Below, piece by piece: positions 22,240 to 33,320 of a stretch of DNA of 64,000 nucleotides. The DNA lies in assembly GCA_963921275.4 (NCBI GenBank), contig OZ001293.3:2112001-2176000 (forward strand), given 5' to 3'. The notes under the pieces were generated by a model. It was not told where the DNA came from. It worked only from the letters and a program-made list of their open reading frames with translations, and made no database searches. How positions within the stretch are numbered: position 1 is the stretch's first letter; the number at the start of each line of letters is the position of its first letter. Both the position numbers and the translations under genes were made by a program. The DNA is from an uncultured Hormoscilla sp. Lineage in GTDB: Bacteria > Cyanobacteriota > Cyanobacteriia > Cyanobacteriales > Desertifilaceae.

Positions 22240-24713
22240 ATGTCTACGGAACTGGAAACGGAATTACAAACAGAAGTCGATCGCAGGCGCAATTTTGCGA
22301 TAATTTCTCACCCGGACGCGGGGAAGACCACCCTGACAGAAAAGCTGCTACTTTATGGAGGTGCGATCCACGAGGCGGGGGCGGTGAAGGCGAGGGCCCA
22401 ACAGCGCCGCGCTACTTCTGACTGGATGGCGATGGAACAACAACGGGGTATTTCGATCACTTCGACGGTGTTGCAGTTGTGCGATTCGTTCTAGTCTAAC
22501 GTAGTCAAATACGGAACACTAGGCCAGGTCCAAACTGGTAACTCTGGTATTCATGGGGGTTAAATTCCCTCTCCCCAGGTACGGGGGTAACACCGGTCCT
22601 TAGTGCTATAGAGTCACATCGCTGTGGTGCGAAGCAAGGACTTAAATGTAGGATAGCTGGCAGCCTAAGCCAGTGACGCCGCTAGGAAAGATGCTCAAGG
22701 TTAGAGCAGGCAAACCTGTGTAAACTTCGTTACACCGAACCAGCGGAATAAGGCTTATACGCTGGCCCAAAAGGGAAATGGTAGTTAGTGCTGGTAGTAT
22801 CTGCTTGCCAGCATCGTGCTCAAAGAACTCCCGGAGGAAAGCAGGAACCTAAAAGCATCGCGAAATGATACCAGGGAACGAAGTAACCTCTCGTGTGCTG
22901 TCCTCATTTGGACTAGTTAGATGTAAAGCGTAAGCCACGGGGGGAGAGATAGCCCGAGAAGCTAATGCCTAGGGTAATGCCTATGGATACGTTGAGGAAT
23001 AGGTAAGGATGCCTCAACATGCAGACGCGGGTTGGTGAAAGTAGGAAATCTTGGGCAAAAGTATCTCTAACAAGCCCCAATACCTCGCGTAGCTGAGGTG
23101 GGATGACTGGTAAAACAGACTTGAAAATGGTAATACTAAAGGTTATCTGGCAGCGCCACTTACCAACCAGGAAAGGGGAGAAATCACACGAGATGAGGGA
23201 CAACGGGAGTAATCCCCAGTAATCCTAGCAATGACAAGGCCCTACTTCCCAGTAGCCGGATGCGGTGAAAGTCGCATGTCCGGTTCCGAATGGGAGGGTT
23301 GGGGGGTGACCCCCAGTTCGACCCCTAATTGCTTATCTTAACTGTCAGATTAATCTCCTGGATACTCCCGGTCACCAGGATTTTAGTGAAGATACTTATC
23401 GAACTCTGGCGGCGGCGGATAATGCGGTGATGCTGGAGGATGCTGCTAAGGGTTTGGAACCTCAGACTCGCAAGCTGTTTGAAGTTTGCCGCATGCGCAA
23501 AATCCAGATTTTTACTTTCTTTAATAAGCTCGATCGCCCTACCCGCGAACCCCTGGAACTCCTGGATGAAATCGAGCAGGAACTGGGTCTGCAAACTTAC
23601 CCGACTAATTGGCCGATCGGGACGGGCGATCGCTTTAAGGGGGTGTTCGATCGCCGTCGGAGGCAAATCCACTTATTTGAGCGCAACCCCCACGGTAGGC
23701 GGGAAGCTAAAGATACGGTAGTGGATTTGGGGGATCCCCGCGTGGAGGATTTGTTAGAGCAAGACCTCTATTACCAACTGAAAGAGGATTTAGAACTCTT
23801 GGAAGGGTTGGGGGCAGAATTTGACTTGGAGGCCATCCATGCAGGTCAAATGACTCCCGTTTTCTGGGGTAGCGCTATGACTAATTTCGGGGTCCGGCTT
23901 TTCCTGGATGCTTTCCTGGAATATGCTCTCAAACCCGGCGATCGCAAGAGTAGCGCGGGGATGATGCCACCCAGTTATCCTGAGTTTACGGGTTTTGTGT
24001 TTAAGCTGCAAGCGAATATGGACCCGAAACATCGCGATCGGGTAGCGTTTGTGCGGGTTTGTACGGGCAAGTTTGAGAAGGACATGACGGTCAATCATGC
24101 CCGCACTGGCAAGACGGTGCGTCTCTCCCGACCGCAGAAATTGTTTGCCCAGGACCGGGAATCTGTAGAGGTAGCTTATCCCGGGGATGTGATCGGTTTG
24201 AATAATCCGGGGGTGTTTGCCATTGGGGACAGTATCTACACCGGGAAGAGGATAGAGTACGAAGGGATTCCCTGTTTTTCTCCGGAACTGTTTGCTTACT
24301 TGAAAAATCCCAATCCTTCTAAGTTCAAGCGATTTCACAAAGGGATTTCCGAATTGCGAGAGGAAGGGGCCGTACAAATTATGTATTCGGCGGATGAATC
24401 TAAGCGCGACCCCATTCTGGCGGCGGTGGGACAATTGCAATTTGAAGTGGTGCAGTTCCGGATGCGGAGCGAGTATGGGGTGGAAACTTTGCTGGATATG
24501 TTACCCTATTCTGTTGCTCGTTGGGTTGTTGGTGGTTGGGATGCTTTAGAAAAGGTCGGGCGTTTGTTTAATACCGTTACGGTAAAAGATAACTGGGAAC
24601 GTCCGGTATTGTTGTTTAAGAATCAGTGGAATTTGGACCAGATCCAATCAGAATATAAGGATTTGCTTCTGAATGCGATCGCCCCTGTGGTGTCGGGTCA
24701 GGAACCTACATAG
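22240..24713 (+). CDS. prfC: Peptide chain release factor 3, two exons (22240-22478 + 23330-24713), 540 aa after splicing
   Basis: [57 protein letters not shown]; the F codon is split TT|T. Confidence 0.95.
22479..23329 (+). mobile_element. ORF-less group II intron (851 nt), sense orientation in prfC
   Basis: 5' GTGCGATTCG; domain V AGCCGGATGCGGTGAAAGTCGCATGTCCGGTTC at ~23254-23286; DVI hairpin ending CGACCCCTAAT; EBS2 ACACCG complements exon CGGTGT. Confidence 0.95.
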
Positions 24714-24859
24714 CGACCAGGCCCGAACCCGTTCCCAGGCGGGGGCCAGGGAACGGGGGGTCCGGCTATAAGAACAAAGCCCGCTTGCGCGGGCTGAATT
24801 GCATTCTTGATATACACCCGCAACAACGAAACAAAGAACAAACCAAAGAATTGTGAAAT

Positions 24860-25150
24860 ATGATGTCTACACAAACTCAAACTAAGTCACCTAGCATTAC
24901 TCTAACGCTGAGTCAGGAACACAAACAAAAGCTAGAGAAAGCTGCTGCCATGCGGTGTTTGACTCTAAGTGAGTACTTACTTCAGCTTGCCTTGGATGCT
25001 GCAACAGAGGAAATCCCCGAACCAGAACCAATAGTTTTGAGCGATCGGGGCTGGGAAATATTTGAGTCAGCACTTTTAAGTCCGCCTGCTGCTAACGAAG
25101 CCTTGAAAGCGGCGATTAAAGAGCATCAGGAAGAATATGGGAAGTGGTAA
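24860..25150 (+). CDS. DUF1778 (TacA-like RHH) antitoxin
   Basis: KQKLEKAAAM..TLSEY..AATEE..IVLSDRGWEIFESALLSPPAANEAL; immediately upstream of a GNAT gene. Confidence 0.88.
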   Translation: MMSTQTQTKSPSITLTLSQEHKQKLEKAAAMRCLTLSEYLLQLALDAATEEIPEPEPIVLSDRGWEIFESALLSPPAANEALKAAIKEHQEEYGKW

Positions 25151-25153
25151 ACT

Positions 25154-25657
25154 ATGAAATGGATTTTTATTCCTATAGATGGCGGTATCAACAGGGATAA
25201 TTTTGACTGCGGTGTTTCCGAACTGAATGAATATCTGAAAATCTACGCTAAACAGAACTATAGGAAAGGAATAGCTACGACTTTTGTGGCTATTCCAGAA
25301 ACTGGAAACTGCGAGGTCGGAGGTTATTATTCTGTCAGTATGTCTGAATTTCAACGCGAACAATTACCCCAAGTTTACCGCTGAGGATTGCCCCGCTATC
25401 CTGTTCCAGCTATGCGTATAGGTAAATTGGCTGTAGATAGAGCGATGCAGGGTGAAGGATTGGGCAAAATATTATTGATGGAGTGCTTTCGCAAAGCTGT
25501 TCGTCTTTCCTCAGAGGTGGGGATATTTGCAATTGCAGTTGATGCTTTGAATGAAGAGGTAAAGGCATTTTATTTGAAATATGGCTTCACTCCCTTAGAA
25601 GATAATCAACTCTCTCTTTTTATTCCCGTGAGAACGGTATTAGCAGTTGTTGAATAG
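25154..25657 (+). pseudogene. GNAT acetyltransferase toxin (TacT/AtaT-like) with in-frame TGA at 25382
   Basis: RDNFDCGVSELNEYL, GYYS, R*GLPRYPVPAMRIGKLAVD..QGEGLG, FYLKYGF. Confidence 0.88.
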
Positions 25658-25836
25658 ATGAGCGTTCCTGCTTCCGGCAAAGTAAATAAATGTAGGGCAG
25701 GCGATCGGCACTGTATATACGTTATAATAATTAACAAGCGTTAGTTATACTGAAGGAAAAATTTGGCAAAAAATATGCTCGGCAGAATGCTAGATTAGAT
25801 AATATTATCTGGTAAAGTAAGAAGGGGAGGTAGCAA

Positions 25837-26165
25837 TTGTATATACCTGGTAAAGATATCATAATTCCGAAACTAGAGGTAGATGGAAACGCGATCGCGG
25901 ATTTCTGCTGCAAGTGGAAAGTCACCGAATTCGCCCTATTTGGATCTATTCTCCGGGATGATTTTCGCCCAGACAGTGACGTAGACGTGCTAGTGAGTTT
26001 TTCCCAGGATGCAAAATGGAGTCTCTTTGATATAGTTAGGATGCAACGAGAACTCAAAACTTTATTTGGTCGCGAGGTAGATTTGGTCCAAAAGTCTGGT
26101 TTAAGCAATCCTTCCGACGTTATGAAATCCTCAGAACTAAAAAGGCGATATATACCACTCAGTAA
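25837..26165 (+). pseudogene. Minimal nucleotidyltransferase (MNT) antitoxin, C-terminal frameshift, no adjacent HEPN gene
   Basis: LFGSILRDDFRPDSDVDVLV..FGREVDLV..NP/frameshift/RRYEIL. Confidence 0.8.
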
Positions 26166-26166
26166 C

Positions 26167-26498
26167 GGGTGTGGTCAAAAGTGGTTGATAGAACGGATTT
26201 TGCGATCCTATTGTAGGGGCGAAGCATTGCGGCAATAAAATTTGATCCCCACCCACAATTAATGTTCCGCAATGCTTCGCCCGGTCCCCACCCGAGATCA
26301 TAACGAACAGTCCCCACCAGATCGCCCTTAATTTGTGTCATAGCATTGTACGGTGGGCTTGTCGCACTCGGTATCGCCGTGTGCATTTTCCGAATATAAA
26401 TTATCGGTTTGTTGACTCTTGTATCGCTCCTTAGCTTCGCCCCTACAGGTGGGTAATCTGTATGCAAATTCATTTCCCAACGGGTTTTGACCACACCC
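26167..26498. mobile_element. 332-bp MITE, GGGTGTGGTCAAAA TIRs, 9-bp TSD CTCAGTAAC
   Basis: TSD at 26158-26166 and 26499-26507; perfect 14-bp TIR. Confidence 0.92.
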
Positions 26499-26605
26499 CT
26501 CAGTAACCGATAAGATAAAAATGAGATCGCCCTTTCATGAATATGCTTGACAAAATTGAGTCATATGTGTAGATTAGTAATTGGCAGCTATGCAAAAGGT
26601 AAAGC

Positions 26606-26847
26606 ATGAACAAAGTTGTGACCCTAGAGGAAGTTATGGAAGTGGCGCAGCAGCTTTCCCTGGTGGACAAGGTGCGCTTGATTGAGAAAATTGCTCCTCA
26701 GATAGAACGGGAGTTGCAGGTAGTAGGTACTGAGTCTCAACCGCGTAAATCTCTGCGTGGTTATGGCGAGGACTTGATATAACCGAGGAAGATATTGCTG
26801 AGGCGCGACAGCAAATGTGGGGAAATTTCTCAAGAGAGGATATCTGA
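26606..26847 (+). pseudogene. Putative antitoxin for the downstream PIN toxin, 1-nt deletion near 26760
   Basis: TLEEVMEVAQQLSLVDKVRLIE..RKSLRG/frameshift/WRGLDITEEDIAEARQQMWGNF; corrected stop overlaps the toxin start (TGATG). Confidence 0.7.
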
Positions 26848-27248
26848 TGCTAGATGCTGTAACTGATACTCATGCTTTAATTTGGTATTTGGAAGATAGT
26901 TCACGCCTTGGTGATGTAGCGAATCAGACTTTTGCCGCTTGCGATCGAGGAGAGATTGTCATTTACGTTCCTACAATATGCCTGGAGGAAATAGTATATT
27001 TACAAGAGAAAAATCGCATCCCGGCTGATTTTAAGGATCACCTAGATGCTGAGTTGCAGAGTGGAACTAGCGGTTTAGTTATAGCCAATCTAACGGCTGA
27101 AATAGTTGAGGTGATGGCGACAATTCCACGTTCCATTGTTCCTGATATGCCTGACCGAATTATTGCTGCCACTGCCACTCATCTTGGTTTGCCACTCATC
27201 AGCAGGGATGGCAGAATTCAATTGTCTGCTGTGAATACTATCTGGTAA
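26847..27248 (+). CDS. PIN-domain (VapC-like) toxin
   Basis: VTDTHALIW, ICLEE, DMPDRIIAATA, LISRD acidic residues intact. Confidence 0.88.
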   Translation: MLDAVTDTHALIWYLEDSSRLGDVANQTFAACDRGEIVIYVPTICLEEIVYLQEKNRIPADFKDHLDAELQSGTSGLVIANLTAEIVEVMATIPRSIVPDMPDRIIAATATHLGLPLISRDGRIQLSAVNTIW

Positions 27249-27680
27249 GGTCCGGTGGGAAAAGCCCGATCGCCCCTGTGCTTTCAGGTCAAGAACCGAC
27301 ATACTGATTTTAGATGGATTTTCATAGAGTAGTATTTTGGACCTCGATTCCCTAGCTGCGCGATCGCTATTATCAGTGTAGCAGATTTAGGGAAGATGCA
27401 GAGGGTTTCCGTGTATCGTCAAATCCCGGGGTGGAGAGAAGGCGATCGCCTATCCCGTGCGATCGATTGGAACCGAAATGTTACTCGCCGCCCTAGGACA
27501 TCAAGTATAAGCTAGAAACCGGGTTTCCTGTGCTGCTATCAATGATATCTCTATGCTCTGAGCAGAGAAACCCGGTTTCTTCACCGACTCTCTCGCCCTC
27601 GCCTCTGGGCAGTTATTGGGCAGATGGGGGCGCTTCAGAAGAGCGATCAGCACTTCTATAGTGACCCCAGTGCTGTTACT

Positions 27681-30463
27681 CTAATTGTCAGCCTCACTCT
27701 TTGCGCTAATTCCCTGATCGAAAATTGTCAAATCAATATTTTCTACATTAACCCAATGACAGCCATCAATCTTCGCACCTTTAAGTTTGGCATTATTAAA
27801 ATTTACATCGTTAATTGTTGTATATTCAAAAACCGCTTCTTGAAGATTAGCCTTCTCGAAATTGGCGTGTTGAATTATGGCATAGTCAAAACTTGCATCT
27901 TGAAGATTAGCCTTCTCGAAATTGGCGTGTTGAATTATGGCATAGTCAAAACTTGCATCTTGAAGATTAGCCCCCTCGAAATTGGCGTGTTGAATCAAGA
28001 CATAGTCAAAACTTGCTCCTTGAAGACTTGCGCCGTCAAAATTTGTGCTCTTAAGAATCCCATTATCTAGAATCGCACCCTCAATATTTACCATTGCCAA
28101 ATCTGCTCCATAAAAATCGCTGTGTTCGAGGATGCATTCTTGTAGGTCTAAAAAACTAAGGCACTTTAGGAAAAACGGCTTTAAAAAGCTGTGTTTTCCC
28201 CTTGGAGCCTTGCCATCCAAGCTCCAAACGCAGCACTATCGGGCCATTGAATCTGAGAAATTGTTTCAGCCACCTGGGCACAGGCATTGAGTACCGCCAA
28301 TAAAGCTTCCTCGGCATTGCGAGCTTGGCGGCTTTCTTCCCGGTAAGCTGGTCTGGGGTCTAAGCGTTCCGTCGGCATCCCATGATGCAACATAAATCCC
28401 GTCAACTGACTGAGATCCTGCTGCCATTTGCTCACCTCCGAGATATCCTGCAACCGGATTTCATCGACAATAAAGGCAAACAAGTATTCGTCCATAATTG
28501 AGGGACCGCACAAGGTTGCCCAGCGCGTTAAGGCTTGTCGCTCGTCCCAGCCATCGTCGGGCTCCTGCTGCCGACGGTCTAGCTGCCTATGGATGCGCCG
28601 AACTGCCCGCTCTATCCGTTTGGCGGTCAGATATTCGCCGAAACTCTTGTGGGTAAATTCAAAAGTTTTCTCCCCTTCCGTAGAAGCTCCGCTCTCTCGA
28701 AAATAAAAAACGATTAACAGGCGCGTGACTCCGACCTTCGCTTCCTCTTGAACTTTTTTTAAAGGGTCTTTCAGACCACTGCGATCGCAATGGGTTTCAA
28801 TTTCTTTAACCGTCGTAGTGCGTCCGTCCCCATGCCAGGATGCCAGACCGATTTCTTCGAGAATGCGGACAAAGTCATTTTCTTCCACCCCCTTCAGGGC
28901 CGGATGTTGATCGCTAGCCCAGCCCCGTTCGTACACTGCTTTCAGCAAGTCTTCATAAATGCTGTTAAGATTGCTCTCATCGGAGAACTGTATTTTTTCG
29001 CGCACAAAACTCAGAGCTACCAAGTAATTCAACAGCGGTTGCTTCGTAATTTCTACCAGATTTTCCCGGTCTAAATCTGGAGGCATTCCATCATATCCCC
29101 GACCGCTGGCTTCGCTGTAGTTTGCCCACCAATGCTGGCGATCGTCCCGCTCCAATAACTTCTCGGGGTCGAGATAATCTTTCTGTTCTTGCTTGGGTAT
29201 AAAATAGGGCAGGACATGCAATATTTGCTCGGTCTTGCGCAAGTTGCTAGTATTAGCCTGAATCGCTAGCTCCCGACCGGAGATTAAGACTTGCAGGCAA
29301 GTTTCGCGCCCATTAAAGCGATCCACTTTTTTCTGGACTTCCGACACAAAGTCGCGAGCAACTTCAGCGGCAATCTTGCCGGACATGGCTAATTCATCTA
29401 AACCGTCAAAGATAATCAGCAAGCGGGACTCGCCCTTTTCCCAGTCCAGAGGGTTCTGGGGCAGAAATCGGTCCTCACGGACAAATTTACCGATCGCATC
29501 TACCAAATCATCGGAGGGATCGAACAGGTGCAAGGGGACAAACAAGACCGGAATCGCACCAGTTTCGGCATGTTTGGCGGCCAACATTTTGGCAAAGGAA
29601 GATTTACCCGAGCCCGGTCCGCCACTAATAATGCGGATGGCATCCTTGCGATCCTTTTTCTCTAACCAAGCGTCGATTTCTTGGTGCAAGTCAACCACCA
29701 CCAGCTCGTATTTTTTGTCTGGGGCCAGTCCGGATTCAAAATCGTCCTCTTTTTGATTCTCGGGCTTGCGCTTGTAGTAGGCTCGCAGGGGCACGTACAC
29801 CTGCTTGAGGCTGAAGGCTTCGGCAAACATCGGTTCGTCCACCTGTTGTTGCAGCCAGGCTCCATAGCGCCGCCATCCCCGTTCCCGATCGCTCGCTTCA
29901 GTAAAAGGAGTCTGGAGGGCTTGTTGGAGGGAAGCGTAATCCTTAGATCCCCATTCCTCGTGGAGCGCAAAGACAAAATAACTCGGCAGGCGATCTGCGA
30001 TCGATCTAGCTTGGGCTTGGTTGAGACCAAAACCTTGCAACCACTGGGCCAAAGGTGTTTTAATGGGTTCCAGAATCGGTAAATCTTTCGGTCGCTGAAA
30101 GAACTCTGAGGTCAGGGTTAGCTCCATATCTTCCCAAGACAGGTTTAGGTCATTGCACAACTCCTTAAGTGCCCGATCGTCCAGTTTCTTTACCAGCAAA
30201 TCTTCATTAGACTGCACCAAAGCAAATATCGCCCGCTTCAGAGAGCTATAGATAAGCAGCCATGCAACTTGTCCCGGTTCGTTCTGCAACCCTAATGCCT
30301 TTAAGGCATCCATCAGACTTGTTTCAGCTACTAGCAAATTTCCCGAAAAGCCACCGAGTGCCCCCTTGCCTAGGGACCAAAACAAATCCTTGAAATTAAC
30401 CTGGATATTTTTATTCCAGACCTTCACCGGTTTGCTAACGGACAATTCTCCTTGATTGTTCAT
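27681..30463 (-). pseudogene. NACHT-type NTPase with C-terminal pentapeptide repeats, frameshifted near 28190
   Basis: Walker A GGPGSGKS, Walker B LLIIFDGLDE, PLL, FEFTHKSFGEYL; ANFEKANLQ repeats lie in a second frame. Confidence 0.85.
27841..28020. repeat. 3 x 60-bp tandem repeat in the pentapeptide region
   Basis: 27841-27900 identical to 27901-27960; third copy near-identical. Confidence 0.95.
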
Positions 30464-30852
30464 CTTTCTCTAGCATTCCTCAATCAGTTGTCAAATCCTG
30501 TCAGAGTTCCCCAGCAAAAGCCCCGTGGGGTTAGCTCCCGGGTAGCCCTTACAGCTTGTATAAATTTTATCATAATCTAGAGCATCGGTCCAGTAGAAGC
30601 TAGAAACCGGGTAATGAGTGCCGCTATCAACTCCAGATCAATGGGTATGACTTCAGAAACCCGGTTTCTTGACCGACTAAAAGCCAGTTGCAGCGGAACA
30701 ATTGCGATCGGATATGCAGCTATCGTCCGAGAAATTACTCCAACTTCTGGAATCTCTGGTGAGGCGATCGCTCATTAACATCATTAAGCCAGCAAGCGAA
30801 ACCCTCTGTACCATTCCACCTGTGGTCAGGAAATATCTTAGAGAAGACGCCA

Positions 30853-31283
30853 CTAACTACTAGGCGAAATCAAAGCCATTGCTTGACTCATCACAACTTC
30901 AGGGTTGACCATCTGTGCCAATTCCTCGGCATCGTAGCGACCTGACGCCACCTCCAAAGAAGCTTTATCAAGGGCATCTTGGTAAACTTCTTCTAGAGTT
31001 AGGCGCAACTCTTCTGGTTTCAAGTAATAACCGCCTGTTTGGCGACGCTTATTCTTTCTCTGAATAGCCCTCGCTGAGTTTCTGATGGACAAATCCCAAG
31101 AACGAGTTGTACGATTTTCAGCTTGCTGCTTAATTAAATATAATAGCATAATGATGGCATAATCGCCAATAGCAGTAATTTTATCGTCGCGACTCATCTC
31201 TTCTAGTTCTGATGCGATCGCCAGGGCCCCTCTTTTATATCTCATTGTATCAGTAGGTCTTTGAGTTCCAGTAACTCTTCCAT
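30853..31283 (-). pseudogene. DUF29-like protein with 5' nonsense and frameshift
   Basis: MEELLELKDLLIQ*..ALAIASELEEMSRDDK..LIKQQAENRTTRSWDLSI. Confidence 0.75.
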
Positions 31284-31390
31284 AGTCAGTGCCAAATCTG
31301 GGTTCACTTATATTGTACCCTTCGTAGTAAGCGCTTTAGCGCTTGCCTGGGGATGCTCAAAATATAATTATCACAAAAAGCGATCGCGCC

Positions 31391-31741
31391 TCACTCTTCT
31401 CCTTCCCGTTCCAGCAAATCCTGTAATTATGGCAATAGCAGAGGAATATCATTTTGGATAGTTTCCCACACTCTATCCAATTTTACTTGAAAATATTCGT
31501 GAGCTATCACATTCCGCATATCCCCCATTAAACGCCAAGGAATATTGGGATAGCGTGATTTAATCTCATGAGGAACGTTTAGGGCAGCTTCACCGATAAT
31601 CATCAAGTCGTACAGAACAGATTTCGCTATTGTATCATCTGCTTGGAATTCCTCAAATGTCATGTCAATTGTACTGCGCTGAATTCCGGACACAGATTGG
31701 ATAATATCTTGAATGCGTTGCTTCCAGTCTCTAGATGGCAT
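31391..31741 (-). pseudogene. HEPN (DUF86/HepT-like) toxin with premature TAA 12 codons before its end
   Basis: IIGEAA, IPW, MRNVIAHEY (RxxxxH) motif; LLP*LQDLLEREGEE*. Confidence 0.8.
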
Positions 31742-32165
31742 GAATTACGTCCTCCAAAACCGGTTCTCGCAAATGTTCCTTCAAAGCCTTCTTCGTTCCT
31801 AAATCCACAGGACAATCTAGGATATCCTCTAAATAATATTGTATCTCCAATAATCTCAAATATCCAACTGAGTCATCGAACTCCGCTAAAAAGTCTATAT
31901 CGCTATCGGGAGTCGCTTCATTCCGCGCCACTGAACCAAACAAGTCTAAAGATTTTACTCCCATTGCTTGCAACTTTTCCCGATGGGCTGCTATAATAGC
32001 TAGTACCTCCTCTCGCCTAGGGATTTTTTTCTCTACAGGCGGCAAGGAAGAGGCGATCGCCTCTTCTGCCACCTTTTCAATTGATTTCTCCGTCAACTTC
32101 GCCTGGGCTGATAATCGCCGAAATACCGATACAGGTATATCTATTGTTAGTCGGCGTGTAGACAT
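31731..32165 (-). CDS. MNT (MntA-like) antitoxin with N-terminal RHH-like extension
   Basis: LFGSVARNEATPDSDIDFL, VDLGT; overlaps the HEPN gene start. Confidence 0.85.
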   Translation of the reverse strand: MSTRRLTIDIPVSVFRRLSAQAKLTEKSIEKVAEEAIASSLPPVEKKIPRREEVLAIIAAHREKLQAMGVKSLDLFGSVARNEATPDSDIDFLAEFDDSVGYLRLLEIQYYLEDILDCPVDLGTKKALKEHLREPVLEDVIHAI

Positions 32166-32337
32166 CTTTCACCCCTTTGTATAGCTAAAATGATAATGTT
32201 TTTAGTCGGTTAAAACAGATTTTAGCTATTAGCCGGGGGTTTTAACGGTCAGCTAACACTTTAGCTATTAGCCGTTCGCGCCAGCGCGGCGCCAGCCGTG
32301 GGTTTTAACGGCCGGCTAACACCTACCTCCAAGGTTC

Positions 32338-32874
32338 TTATACTGAAGGAATATAATCCATATCTTGCAGCTTCTGCAACACTTTTGCCACACTTGCTGA
32401 CAACTCTTCTTTGTCAGTCCGGCATTCAATCTCCGGGTTTACAGGCGGTTCATAAGGGTCAGAGATTCCCGTAAACGCTTTAATTTCTCCGGCCCGGGCC
32501 CGCTTGTAAAGTCCTTTCACATCCCTTTCTTCACACACCGCCAAGGGCGCATTAACATAAACTTCCACAAAATCCTTAACCTTTTCCCGTACTTCTTGGC
32601 GGATCTGCCGATAAGGTGAAATCGCTGACACCAAGACTATCACCCCATTGCGAGTCAACAGGTGGGAGACAAAACCAATCCGACGGATGTTCTCATCCCG
32701 GTCTTCCTTACTAAACCCCAACCCTTTGGTCAGGTTCTGACGTACAATATCACCATCCAATATTTCCAAAGGATATCCCTTCGATCGCAGTGCTTCTGCT
32801 ACTGCCCGACTGATTGTGGTTTTCCCGGCACCACTCAGACCCGTAAACCATAGGGTGACGCCACGTTGCTGCAT
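32338..32874 (-). CDS. cysC: Adenylyl-sulfate kinase
   Basis: WFTGLSGAGKTT, LDGDIVR, RDVKGLYKRARAGEI, FTGISDPYEPP. Confidence 0.96.
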   Translation of the reverse strand: MQQRGVTLWFTGLSGAGKTTISRAVAEALRSKGYPLEILDGDIVRQNLTKGLGFSKEDRDENIRRIGFVSHLLTRNGVIVLVSAISPYRQIRQEVREKVKDFVEVYVNAPLAVCEERDVKGLYKRARAGEIKAFTGISDPYEPPVNPEIECRTDKEELSASVAKVLQKLQDMDYIPSV

Positions 32875-32885
32875 ACTATTGTTCC

Positions 32886-33320
32886 TTATTCTTCCTCAAT
32901 ATACTCTACTATTTCTGGCAAATTGTCAAGCCTTGGGGTCAGGGAGTTTAAGTTTTGTCCTGCAATCACGATCTTTACCGGGTCAAGATTCGCGATCCGC
33001 AGGATATAATCGAACAATGACGGTTCTTCTACCACCCCTTCAATCCTGAGATCGATGCCCTCTGCTTTTTGTTGCACCCGCTTGAGTACGTCATCGGCCA
33101 GCCCCCGGTAACCTGCTAACATGGAATTTTGTAAATTCCGCAGGGAACTATGACCGATAAAGCCCACCTCTGCTAGGTCATGTATCATAGTACCCATTGC
33201 CTGGGTGCTAATAAAGTACACTACAACTAGCTGAGTTTGCCGCTGCTGCGCCTCTGATATCGCTCGCCACATCGCCTTGTCATAAGCATAGGGATTGGCG
33301 ATCGCCAGCCAAACATTCAT
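32886..33320 (-). CDS. Universal stress protein-like
   Basis: USP-like N-terminus (VWLAI..AMWRAISEAQQRQTQLVVVYFI); translationally coupled to the transporter. Confidence 0.6.
   Translation of the reverse strand: MNVWLAIANPYAYDKAMWRAISEAQQRQTQLVVVYFISTQAMGTMIHDLAEVGFIGHSSLRNLQNSMLAGYRGLADDVLKRVQQKAEGIDLRIEGVVEEPSLFDYILRIANLDPVKIVIAGQNLNSLTPRLDNLPEIVEYIEEE

Noticed and set aside
22913..23203. Intron-encoded protein in the prfC intron
   Set aside because: The ORF is antisense to the intron, only 96 aa, and has no RT (YADD) or maturase motifs
22219..24713. prfC as a pseudogene or as two separate genes
   Set aside because: Precise intron removal restores one uninterrupted frame
25382..25384. 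TGA recoding (selenocysteine or alternative genetic code) in the GNAT toxin and IS630
   Set aside because: The positions fit CGA-to-TGA changes, TAA and TAG lesions are equally common, and TGA is a normal stop elsewhere in the window
24860..32165. Integron cassette array
   Set aside because: No integrase, mixed gene orientations, and no consistent attC-like sites between genes
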